Shown here: positions 12,074-23,827 of the stretch, piece after piece
How the letters are laid out: each line of letters starts with the position of its first letter
Numbering within the stretch: the stretch's first letter is position 1
Source of the DNA: Laetmonice hystrix
Taxonomy: Eukaryota
Direction of reading: 5' to 3'
Assembly (NCBI GenBank): GCA_965235115.1
Contig: OZ249436.1
Coordinates: 28,646,001-28,710,000, forward strand
Length of the DNA stretch: 64,000 bases
Program-made: the position numbers and the translations under genes
The notes under the pieces: model-generated
Databases searched by the model: none
What the model was told of the DNA's origin: nothing
What the model saw: only the letters and a program-made list of their open reading frames with translations

Positions 12074-15000
12074 GGGGCCGTTGCATAATCTTGACGACAG
12101 TCTGATGACTCTCGCCAGACTCTCGCCAGCTCCAATCGGATTGCATAAACCATAAGAATCGCCAGCTGTCATCATAAGGCCCTCGTTAGACCCTCGTCAG
12201 AGCTGAAATCTGGCGATAGCGAAAAACACTGTTTCAGGCCCTCGTTAGCCCCTCCTGATGCCCTCGTTAGGGCTCTCACATTGCACTGACACATGTCGCC
12301 CCCTGGAATACTAAAAATTTTTGGTAAAAGAATAGCCCTTTACAAAAAAAATCAAGGTACCCATTACAAAAAGTCATGGCAGAGCCCCGGAAGAGGAGAG
12401 TTTTTTATCCTCGTGTAAATCCAATGATAAGGTTTGAAAGTGACCACAAGTTCAGGAAACGATATCGTCTCGATAAAGTCAGTGTTAGACAGCTTGCTAT
12501 AGAATTCGGGAGATCCGATTTTCCATATAGGCCTATAGCTTAAGTATAGGCAAAACTTTGGTTCATTATTTTTAATATGACTCACATCTTTTAGTTTTGG
12601 CGTTGAGTATCCACTTAGTCCCTTAGAATAGAACTAGATTTTATAAAAAGGCTAAAGTATGCATTCGTAAAAACATATTGCCTGATCAACCACGCCAAAG
12701 GCAATGATTTAATCTCAACTCAGTACATGTATTTATAATTACATCTGGGGGTTTGTTCTTTTCTTTTGTTTGCCCTTCTCTCTTTTACAATTATATTAGG
12801 CCTATATACATTTCTAAGTTCTAGGGCATCGACCAGTTTTAAGCCTTGGTTGGGGCGCGAGGGGAGTGGGTGAAAGACTTGTTTTGGCCAGACAATTGAT
12901 TTGCCCTTTTTTTGGCCTAATATTAATAACAGCCAGAAGAGTTTTTTAGACCTGCCATTTCAGAAAATACCACGTAACACCTGGTTTTTGTTTCTGTCCT
13001 TTTATGGACCCCCCCCCCAATGGAAGTTAAAATAGTCGATCGCTCGGACTGCTGGGTGTAGGCATTGGACACTACAGGTGTGCCATGAAATATTGCAGTA
13101 ATGCGTAAAAATGCTGCAATATTTCATGACTGCAATTTTTCATAGCAATTGGCTATGAAATATTGCAGTCATGAAATATTGCCGCATATAGCTATAGCTA
13201 TAGCTATGAAATATTGCAGTCCGTAGAATATTGCAGCATCTCATAACTGCAATATTTCATAGCTATAGCTATGGAATAATGCCGCCTATAAAATATTGCA
13301 GTCTTGAAAAAGGCTAGTAGGCTACTGCAATATTCCACGGACTGGAATATTTCATAGCTATAGCTATGGAGTAATGCCGCCTATGAAATATTGCAGTCTT
13401 GAAAAAGCCTAGTGGGCTACTGCAATATTCCACGGACTGCAATATTTCATAGCTATAGCTATGGAAAAATGCCGCCTATAAAAAATTGCAGTCTTGAAAA
13501 AGCCTAGTAGGCTACTGCAATATTCCACGGACTACAATATTTCATAGCTATAGCTATGGAGTAATGCCGCCTATGAAATATTGCAGTCTTGAAAAAGCCT
13601 AGTAGGCCTGCAATATTCCACGGACTGCAATATTTCATAGCTATAGCTATGGAAAAATGCCGCCTATGAAATATTGCAGTCTTGAAAAAGCCTAGTAGGC
13701 TACTGCAATATTCCACGGACTGCAATATTTCATAGCTATAGCTATGGAATAATGCCGCCTATGAAATATTGCAGTCTTGAAAAAGCCTAGTAGGCTACTG
13801 CAATATTCCACGGACTGCAATATTTTATAGCTAGGCCTATAGCTATGGAATAATGCCGCCTATGAAATATTGCAGTCTTGAAAAAGCCTAGTAGGCTACT
13901 GCAATATTCCACGGACTGCAATATTTCATAGCTATAGCTATGAAGTAATGCCGCCTATGAAATATTGCAGTCTTGAAAAAGCCTAGTAGGCAATATTCCA
14001 CGGACTGCAATATTTCATAGCTATAGCTATGGAATAATGCCGCCTATGAAATATTGCAGTCTTGAAAAAGCCTAGTAGGCTACTGCAATATTCCACGGAC
14101 TGCCATATTTCATAGCTACAGGCTATGACATATTGCTGCCTATGAAATAATGCAGTGATGCAATACTGCAATATTTCATAGGCAGTAATATTTCATAGCC
14201 TGTACCTATGAAATATTGCAGGCTATGAAATATTGCAGTATTGCGTCACTGCAATATTTCATAGGCAGCAATATTTCATATGCAATGCTGCAATATTTCA
14301 TAGGCAACAACATTTCATAGTAGGCCTACACCGGCAAAACTTCTTGTTGTCGAGAGTCGGCTCACTGAGCCGTGGTTGCTTTGAATCCAAGGAGTCATGC
14401 ATGCCATGATATGTGTAAAAAGATACTATACAAAACGATTAAGGTGTTCAAAATAATGACAGCTTAGTTTGAGTAATGATGAGCCCTGCAAAGAAGAATT
14501 AAATCTAGTCTACATGCAGGCGTAGATTATACCTCACAATAGATCAAACTGTCTTGAGATTGAGACGTCAAACATTGGCGGTGTTCTCAACTCAGTTTCA
14601 GTTTAACTGTTTTGTTTCTCTGCAAGGCCTCGGTAAATATTCCTTTAATGTTTGGGGTTTTTTTGTAGCCACTAATCAAAATAAAAGATGACACTTCATC
14701 GATGCACACTCGATGTTCACATCTCAAGTAAAGTCGAGACTTCAAACTCAAAACAGAACCTCTGTTCTGGCTGTCACTGTGCCTGCTGGTGACAGGCCTG
14801 CTTCCTGGGGCGGCTTCAAGTTCTGGCATTATAAACAATGATAGGCCTATATTATATATGTAAAACTTATAACTAGGCCTATAACCAATTATATCTTCCA
14901 TGTATATTGGCAATAACTATTTACATGGGCCATTTACATTAGGAGGTCGAAAAAAGCAAAATAACAGTGATCATGTGAGACGTCAATCATGCTCCAGCTC

Positions 15001-15418
15001 TCCGCGGCACCGTTTCTCCGCCAGCGAGTGGGCGATAATAGGTGAAAAGAGGGTGAAAATTCGAATATTTTCATAATTATTAATTCTTTCCACAAAATTA
15101 CATTTGCACATTGATGTTATGTGAGAATACATTCATTTTATACCGTGTAATGAAATATATCTCGCGAATTTGTCATTCAGTAGCCATCCAAACAAGTTTC
15201 CGGTTTATGGGGGCGCCACCTATAGCCTCTCACTTGCGAGTCATCACCGTGCGGTCTGGCGAGGGTCTGACGACGTCGCTAGTGCCTGACGACACTACTT
15301 ATGCAATGCGCGAGCTCACGATGGTGTCGCAGTCGTGAGGGTGTCGTTAGCAAAATTTTTCGCGAGAGTGTAATGAGGGCCTAAGGATATTCTTGCGACA
15401 AAATTATGCAACGGGGGC
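12074..15418. mobile_element. Harbinger-like non-autonomous element with nested insertions
   Basis: Termini GGGGCCGTTGCATAAT / ATTATGCAACGGGGGC, 3-bp TSD AAT, and subterminal AGGCCCTCGTTAG-type repeats mirrored at both ends. Confidence 0.6.
13086..14320. repeat. About 95-bp tandem satellite (about 9 units) built of palindromes, with shorter related units at the flanks
   Basis: Unit CTGCAATATTCCACGGACTGCAATATTTCATAGCTATAGCTATGGAATAATGCCGCCTATGAAATATTGCAGTCTTGAAAAAGCCTAGTAGGCTA recurs at 89-101 bp spacing. The array is bounded by GGTGTAGGC (13055) and GCCTACACC (about 14332). Confidence 0.95.
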
Positions 15419-15849
15419 AATGACAGATAATGCAATGTTCTGTAGCAGATTTCAGAAATGGAAAGAAATTGAGATTAGAGATTACCAACAACCATTTTAA
15501 TCCTCCTTGTGTATATTGGAGATCCACCTTGCGAATGTATAGGGTAGGGTCTAACATCTTATAACATGCCTATGTGATGCATAATATGGTATGGTTTAGA
15601 CCGTGACGTAGAAACGTGCAAGTCTGACGTTCATTGACTAGCCTGACTATCAGATATCGCTATTGGCTTCACTGACGTCATGACCAATCTCATGCTGATC
15701 TGGATAGCCCCCCCCCTCCTCATTTGAGCACGTAATCGTCCCGTGTTGGGGGTGGGGGATTTCCGTAAAACGTAGGGCCACATCTCAAGCCAGCTGACGG
15801 CTTGCGTCAATGACGCACATTAAGGGAACGCAGACTTCCCCATCTCACC

Positions 15850-18800
15850 TCAATGCTTCCCGTTCACCATGAGTACAATCTCCTTCTCAGACAGGAATGA
15901 AAAATGAAACTCGGCTGGCTGTGGCCCCGCTCTCTCGGTATTCAGGCTGACTGCCGACCAGCCCGCACTACCCCACATATTGAGGGCTATTTTTAGACAC
16001 TGGCTTTGAACGGCTAAGGGGTGAGAAATATGTAAGCAATATGTAGTAATTAAGTGGTAACTATATGCAGTGTGTAGGCTAAAAGCCCACATTTGATACC
16101 AACCCGCGCATATAAAAAAGGCGAGAATGAAACCAAAGCACCTACTCCTCGCTGTGCATATAGGTTGGGTGGGATACGTTCGTTCTCTTAGCACCATGTG
16201 TTAATGAAGTAATTGAACTAGAGAGGACATAGGCCACAGTCTTGCGGGTCACCATCAACAAAAATGTCTTCCTTAGGTGAGGCATTTTCGCTTGCTCCAT
16301 GTAGTAGACATTTTGGGCGGGAATTACTCTATCGTAACCATGGATGACAGAAGGCTCGCCTATTGAATATTTGCAGCCGCATGCAGCGCATGCAATGGCC
16401 AACAAGAAGACACTTTGTCCGTGTAAATCGGGTGCTGATATGGAGACTGGAACCAGGATTCTGCAGGAAACCATTGATGGATACGGATATTAGAAATTCC
16501 AATTTCATGGGGCTTAGACGACCAGAGATGGATTCCAAGCTTGCCTGGCGCTGTAGTCGGAAGGTTGATCAGTAAGGAAAGCGCTTCCAAGAAGAGGTGC
16601 ATGATACAGAATACAGGAACATATCATTTTAAAATGATGCACCCAAAATGGCAAGAGATTTAACCCCATGGACCCCCCCCCCCCGAACACCACCAAATAA
16701 ACAAAATCATTCTGAGTTATGGAATATTTTAAACATCCAGCCAATTGTAAATATACTAGGCATCCTACAATATTATATTGCCGGACTAGAAATACGTTAG
16801 AATATAGGTCTCTGCTCACCTACAAGGCTGGAAGCAGCGCTGGCTTTCCGGTAGACGTTCCTTTAACAGGTTTATAACTACAGTAGCACCGCGAGGAGGA
16901 GAAGCCGCTTCGCACCGTCGCACTCTGGAAAATGCTGGCAAAGGCTACGACTGGGGATGGCGCCTGGTCCCGGAAAGGTGTCCAGTTGATAACGCCACAA
17001 TGTGTTGACCTCTAGGGGCCTACTGACACGGCAGGCGCTTCGTCATCATCAATAGAACTAGAGGCTATCCTACCTCGCAGCTAAGCGACAGACCCACATA
17101 CCCACACCACCACTGGCTCACATGTCTGTAAATCACAGGGCCAGCAACCCCTAGTAGTAATTTATACAACGAGGACCGCTCCTCGATCGGACGTCTCCTC
17201 GGCCGTCTGGGTGCTGTAAGAGTGAGGTAGCCAGGAGAAGCTCTCATAGGGCTCGCAAATCCTGTCTATGACGAATTAACACGGTCTCGCACGCTCCAAA
17301 CGAGACGGCTATAAATATAGAAGCTCATCCAGCGGATTAGGCCTGGAGGAAATTGGCCGTCGGGTTTTTATCTTGTGAATCACTGATGGAAGGGGGGCTC
17401 AAAGAAGTGTTTCCCATACAGTGCAGCTATGCCATTGTGTTCCATCGTGGCCAGTAATGATTTTTGTACAAGTAAAACGAAAGGATGCGGATGCTGTCAG
17501 CACGGCCGACCCGCAGTTCCCCACGTGGCGTGTCGATTCGCGTGGACTTCAAACTGTGCCATTCGAACGGGAAGAGAAAACGCTCTGCTTGGTGTAGACT
17601 CTGCATGGTGTAGAGCTCCTTGGTCCGTCAGCCTAAACTGTGGGATGGCTGATTGTAGGATGGCATTACAGCTCGCCAGACAGCAGTAATGCAATAAAGC
17701 AATACTCATTGTCCTTGGTTGAACGTGTACAGCCCTCCCAAACTGATACCGATAAGCTCCGTCTTTCTTTTTAGTTGAGTCTAGCATCGATGTCGTGCTG
17801 GGGGGCTGCAGGGAAGGCGGCGATCATTCTGGGCGGAATATGCGACCCATTCGGAGGTACCCGCTCTCGGCGCTGCCCGAACCTCGTGGCTCGGATGTAG
17901 GCATTGGCGACATGGACTTCCCGCCTCCCGACCTCGGTTGGTAAACATACCTTCGATCAATACCGGGTGGGAAGATAAAGCATGTGTATGGCCCACAAGG
18001 CACCTGACGTCGGGGCTCTATGCCCTGGGGCTTCCCGGGACGCATACGACGGAGGGAAGTATCCAAACCGCGTGACTCAACAACCGCTGGTCTTGACCCC
18101 CGTTTTATAGATCAACAATCCCGCCGCCGCCGCTACAGACCGATTCGCTCCTCCGGAGTCGACACCGAATCCTCCGACCCGAAACCGGGCGCGCGCCACC
18201 GCTGTAATTAAAAGTCAATGACGGCGTTTACTAATCCATACTTCGGAGGGAGTCCATTAAATCAGAGTTCCGACCCTGTTTGTCAGGTGTTGGCCAGACA
18301 CAAGGAGCCAGGATTGGCGCGTACTGAGGTTTACACAACTAAGTCCTTGTTGGTATTGACCCTCTCCCAAACATCACTTTCATGAGCCAACATTGGTGAC
18401 GTGCCATGCATCAAGGGCTTGGGTCGTACTGTGCTTGGCCTCGAACGTCTGTCGTGACGTCGCGTCATCTTGTCCGCACGAGAGTCCCTCCTGCCTCCCA
18501 AAGGACGTCATGCGAGCTGTTCCCGTACCATAAACCGAGGGTGTAGATGACATGCTCCTCCAGTAATTACGAGATTGTTGCATTACCACAGGCCGCATCT
18601 CCTCATATCTGAAGGACAGGTAAGGCCACATGCAGCAGGCTTCGTTATCATCGGAGCCCATTTGGCGGCTCGGCGTCAATGCCTGCTCTGCTAATGGGAA
18701 ACGGTACCGAGGTTGGAATTCATTTTCGAATAATCGATAACGCGGCCAGATGTACCGACGACGTTTTGGTATCAAAAATAAAAGTCCATCACATCTTCCA

Positions 18801-19000
18801 AATGCTGCTATGTTGTCCTTTGAAGTATAGGCAGGCCTTTTTCAGCAGGCCTGCATTAGCATACAAAGCGCTATCGTCGAGCGTATATGGGCCAGAACAA
18901 TAACGGCATGTAGGCCTACTCTGCCCCAATCCTCTTGTATTGAAAAAGGTAATTGTCTACATCTGGACGAAACAGACGCTTGGGGTTTCTGTTGGTATTT
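15850..19000 (-). pseudogene. Heavily decayed DIRS1-like retroelement (RT / RNase H-MT / tyrosine recombinase remnants)
   Basis: Broken-frame motifs occur in DIRS order on the minus strand: FLIPK..GTSGRVIDYSKMN (about 18780-18700, RT N-terminus), PYLSFRYE, ATWGT (about 17520), PSVIHKI, SVFLLAIACA (about 16400, YR) and AGWS (about 15960). There are many stops and frameshifts. Confidence 0.5.
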
Positions 19001-19796
19001 CAGACTGCATGGAGCGGGATAGCCGTTAATATGGCGTTGTTTCTTAAGAGGTCGTATTTCCATATTGCCGTGCGAACATTACATAGACCTATAAGCTTAG
19101 GACATAATCATGTGTGGTATGTCTGCGAATATATCTGGAAGCCACAATTATATTACGTGCCGCTCCACAAATCCGGGCGTGCAATTTACATTACACGACG
19201 AACATGATTCTGTCTATATGTCCTGACTCCTGCCCGCCCCTGTGCACCCGCGGGGGTCGAGATAAAGCGACTTAGAAGTCTACACAACATGCCATCTGTC
19301 CTAGCAGCGGTCAAAACAAGGGAGGGGCGCTTTGATCCTAGCCAAGCTGCTTGATGTAATTAGACGTGGAATTAAGCGATCCCCAGGGTGGCAGCAGCGA
19401 GGCGACGCGTGCGAGTTCCGAGACGGGAACAATAGCTCGGTGCCCGTATAATGCAGCACCCATTGGGAAGACGGATAAAGCAAAAAGGTCGGTCGACCCA
19501 TAGCTCCGTGGATGGCGCTCGGGGATTCGTGGCACGTAACACCTCTGTAACGTAAGCCACCCGTGGGACGAGTATAGATCTAAGGAAGTGCTGGGGCGGG
19601 CCATGCTCTAGCTGCGGCCGGCCAGTCTCTCGGCCAGTGCCGAAATGCGACCGCGTGGACAGGTTGAGGTGAAATCGATTTCGAACAAATTGCAGGGGCG
19701 ACGACCGTTAAACATAAATTGGACACCAAGTTCCAATTCAGTGGGTCCTCTTCGCTCTCGCAGGAAACGATGAGCAGGGAAATGTGCGGAGAGGTC

Positions 19797-19799
<3 letters not shown>

Positions 19800-19868
<69 letters not shown>
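19800..19868. repeat. (GA)n microsatellite
   Basis: Perfect GA dinucleotide run. Confidence 0.99.
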
Positions 19869-19870
<2 letters not shown>

Positions 19871-20799
19871 CACAAATAGGCATATAGATGCCCATTATAG
19901 GCTATTATATACATAGGCCTATACGTATTGGTAGGGTTCGTTATACTATAGGGAGGTCAATTAAAGGGTCCACTACCCGCGATGGTATTTATATTATAAT
20001 ATTTTGGTACCTGCAGCGGACGAATCTTCGGTCTATTTGTTGACCCTAACCCCCTCCCAACCCCCTTTTATAAAATTGTACATTTTTTTTTATATCTTTG
20101 GCTGCACCATCAAAAAACAGCATTACACAATAAACTATACTGCAGCCAGTCATACATTTTCAAAAGCGGTGCATAGGCCTATACAGGACCTTTTCAATTA
20201 GATTAATAGATGACTATAAACAAATAGATTTACCATGCGCAAAATGCGAATTCATGATTTTAAACTCAAAGTTATATGTCTCAAAATGCCTATATATTGT
20301 CGCCATTCATGCTAAGTTTCCTTGAATGCTGGGAAGCTTTTTTCAAAGATGATAGTTCTAGGACGCCGGATATTGGGGGGGGGGGGCTGTTGGACCAGGG
20401 CCGTATAGTCGGGGGGGGGGGTCTCTATCCCCCTGGGAGCCAAAGCCAAAGAAAAAAAGACCTGTGGACAGTCCATGGCCCAAGATAGGCAAAGGACTTG
20501 ACCAACGACTGAGAAACCGGTGTGAGATCGATATTGGACCCCCATTTGGAATGGACCCGGGGGTCCATTCTCTTTTTTGCCACATTTAATGTACAATGAC
20601 TTGCTAATTCGTGACATTGTACAAACTCAAGTTTTTGTTATTTTTCATAAAAGAAAGGTTACTAATTATTAAAATTTAAGCATAAACTACCAATGATACA
20701 CTATACCGTATGTCTAATCTTCTATTTTAAAGGTATATTATATTATATACATTAAAGAATATGCTGCCCCCATAATCAGTAGTTATCTACGATGAATAT

Positions 20800-21235
20800 G
20801 CCCCTGATCCACCGGTGGCGATTGGGCTTCGTGATGGGTTGGCGACATGTTCGTGACATCTTCGCGACAGCCCGATCATCTAAAAATTGCTCGGCAATCG
20901 CGAAACACAATTTCGGTGGATCAGCTTTGGAGACGGATTGGTGAAAGCTTCGCGACACACCTGGCTTTGTGACAGCTTCGCGACAGGTGTCGCCAATATC
21001 AAACAAGTTTGATATTCGCGACTGGCAACGGACGCAGTTCGCGAGGGTGTTGTTGTCGCAACCGGTGGATCAGGTATGTGATTTTCGTGACACCTTGGCG
21101 CGTGCTTCGAGACAGCTTGGCGACTTACTAATCATGTCGCCAAGCTGTCTCAACAAAATGACAACTACGGCTTCGCGATCGAGCATCTCCATCGCGTAGC
21201 TGTTACGAACGTGTCGCCACCGGTGGATCAGGGCC
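20800..21235. mobile_element. MITE (TIR CCCTGATCCACCGGTGGCGA)
   Basis: Terminal inverted repeats of about 20 bp with an internal copy of CCGGTGGATCAG; no clean TSD seen. Confidence 0.7.
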
Positions 21236-22475
21236 ATCACGACTAGAAAAGCCTGTGACATTATGTATTGACAAGTGATTGGGACAGAGCATCTATGGTC
21301 AGAGCAACAGTAGGCCGGGGGTGGTAATTCGGTCAGCATGATATGGCCTTTGAGTCCCTGTATCCTCCTCTGCCTGAATTGCTGACATCTAGTAAGTTAA
21401 ATGGAAGAAAGATGCCACGATACAATGCCATGATCAAATTGTCACAGTTTCTAATGATTTACCCAGTACAGACTCCATGTATATCTTGTAATATTCCTCT
21501 AGTCCTCAGAGACCCGGGCCCAATTTCACTAGGGGAATATTGACCCCCCCCCCCCAAGTATCTGTTCCTGGTACCCCCACTGGCTAACGAGAACAGGTAT
21601 CACAGCTCGGGTCAAATTTCGATTTGGAAGAATACCCCCCCCCCCCATCAACTGCCCCTATTACTTCCTCTGGCTAAAGTGCTTACATCTTCTAAGATAA
21701 ATCGAAGAAAGATGCCATGGTGGTCACAATTTCATCGTTTAAATGGGGGTTCCCTACGAGCATCTTACTTTCTCCGATAAGTATTTAACCTAAAGCTAAC
21801 ACATTTCCCATACAGGGGGTCCATTTTCAATTATTGAAAAAGGACCCCCGTGTCCAATTTCCCCTATAAAAAATGGACCCTGGGTCCCTGATCAAGGGGG
21901 GTGCGTCCAATCTCGATATCGCCCCTGCATGTGTCGCGAGCCAATACTCGCGAGCATGACCCGCTTTGATTGGTTAATCTCTATATCAATATAGGCCCAT
22001 TATGTACGTTGCATTCGTTTAATGGTATAACAACACATTAACATTAACAGGTATAATATGGACACCTGTCGGCACAGGGAAAATTGGCCCCAAAAAGGGG
22101 GAAAGGGGGGAAACACAGGGAATTACACGCAAGGAAAAAATTGACAGCCAAGAAAATAATTAGGCGAGTAATAAAATGACTATTTGATTACCGGTCATTA
22201 TGGCAGGAGTCGGCCCCGGTTCCTAAATCCCTCTCGTTCCTCTCTCACTCCCACATACGTCACCTGCCCGATATCCGGGCACCAACACTTCAATTCTGAA
22301 CTGACTGCGGAGGGAACCGGACGTTTTCTTTTACGGACTCCCGACTCCATAAGGATTATTAACTCGCATTTTAGCACGCATAGGCCTACTGCATACTCAT
22401 ACGCTCACGCGATACACTCAAATGGACATTTACAAAGCGTGAAGATCTACAGTCACCCACATAATTGACTAAGAC

Positions 22476-23789
22476 ATGGCACCAAAGTCAACCCGAAAAC
22501 GCCGGGCAGCGAGGGCGAGAGCGACGCCACACCACCCGCCGGTGCAATTAGCCGAGTCACCTGATCCAGAGGACCAGCTAAATGACGAGCCCCAGAACCA
22601 GGCAAACGACTCCGACGTGCCTTCTACACCAGCTCAACGCCCAAAGAAGCTAACCGCAGCGCAGCAACGACAGGCGGAAATGGACGAACGCATGCACCGC
22701 ATGGAAAAAACCCTCGGAGAAATTATGGAAAATCTTGCAACCACAAGTCGAGTCAGCCGAGACGACCACGACCGGGCCGGGCAGCGGTCCCGCCCCGCCA
22801 GTCAGGGGCAACATGGTAGAAGGGACAGCGACGACCACAGCACGGACCGCCTCCACAGCAGGCCCCCGTCGCACCCACCGAGGACCGACATACAACGACG
22901 CACCCAGCACACAAAGAAGAAACTTACGTCCCGCCGCCGCCGCACAAGGCCGTCTGAATCACCCTCATGGACAGACTCTTTCGAATATACGTCCGAGGAA
23001 ACTGACGCCACAATATCGCCACGCCGACTTACCAACAATGTGCACGCACGAGCCGCTGCGGACGAAGCACTGGCTAATGCGTACGGGCCAGCTGAACACC
23101 ATAAAGGTAGGAAGTCATTCAGAGCTCGCATCTCACGCCCATATGACTGTCTACCCCCAGATATGCGAAAAAGGGTCAAGGCCAGCAACAAAGTAATGTC
23201 ATTTGAACAATATGTCTGTGGCTCTGCCAGAATGTTGACTGACGTAGTTCCCGATGGCAGTGAACCCCAGGCCATGCTCTATCATCTTGGCCAGGTGGCA
23301 GAGGACGCAGATCAGCTGGTGTGGCAGAGTGTGCAGGAATGGACCTCCAATTGCTTTGACTACGTAAAGTCAGGAGAAGCTACGTGGTTTGACCACAACC
23401 TATTTGCATCTGAGAGAATGCGAACATCGTGGCTCAAAGGTTGTGCGCCGTCCCAATTATTGACCCCATGTCCTCAATACAATGATGAAAGCTGTGGGCA
23501 TGAGGACGAGCACCGGGTGGCTGGCATGGCCATGAAACATGTATGTGCCGTATGTTGGTATGGGCTGAAGGCTGAAAACTCGCACCCAGCAAAACTGTGC
23601 AACAAGAAGAAACGACTCCTTCATAAGGTGGACGACATAACTGACGGTCACCAGATCAACACCATTGCAAGGGGAAACATCAGCAACACGTGGCTGAGCA
23701 ACCGGATGCCCCGATCAAGAGAACTACATCAGCAGAAGTCAGACGCCCAGGCCCCAGGCAACAATAATCGATCGACTCCAAAAAACTAG
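22476..23789 (+). CDS. Ngaro ORF1, Gag-like protein with C-terminal Cys/His zinc-finger motifs
   Basis: Intact 437-aa ORF: basic low-complexity N-terminus, short coiled coil, and CPQYNDESC..H..HVCAVC..HPAKLC near the C-terminus. It is the first ORF inside the split repeats. Confidence 0.8.
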   Translation: MAPKSTRKRRAARARATPHHPPVQLAESPDPEDQLNDEPQNQANDSDVPSTPAQRPKKLTAAQQRQAEMDERMHRMEKTLGEIMENLATTSRVSRDDHDRAGQRSRPASQGQHGRRDSDDHSTDRLHSRPPSHPPRTDIQRRTQHTKKKLTSRRRRTRPSESPSWTDSFEYTSEETDATISPRRLTNNVHARAAADEALANAYGPAEHHKGRKSFRARISRPYDCLPPDMRKRVKASNKVMSFEQYVCGSARMLTDVVPDGSEPQAMLYHLGQVAEDADQLVWQSVQEWTSNCFDYVKSGEATWFDHNLFASERMRTSWLKGCAPSQLLTPCPQYNDESCGHEDEHRVAGMAMKHVCAVCWYGLKAENSHPAKLCNKKKRLLHKVDDITDGHQINTIARGNISNTWLSNRMPRSRELHQQKSDAQAPGNNNRSTPKN

Positions 23790-23827
23790 GCAGTGGCCCC
23801 TTACCCTCCAATGAATACTTACCAAGG

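Noticed and set aside
8976..14320. CRISPR-like appearance of the 25-bp and 95-bp arrays
   Set aside because: The units are contiguous with no unique spacers, there are no cas genes, and the context is eukaryotic and intron-rich.
19580..19916. ORFs with SLSL/ERER runs (similarly 29234-29588 and 13504-14171)
   Set aside because: Artefacts of microsatellite or satellite sequence.
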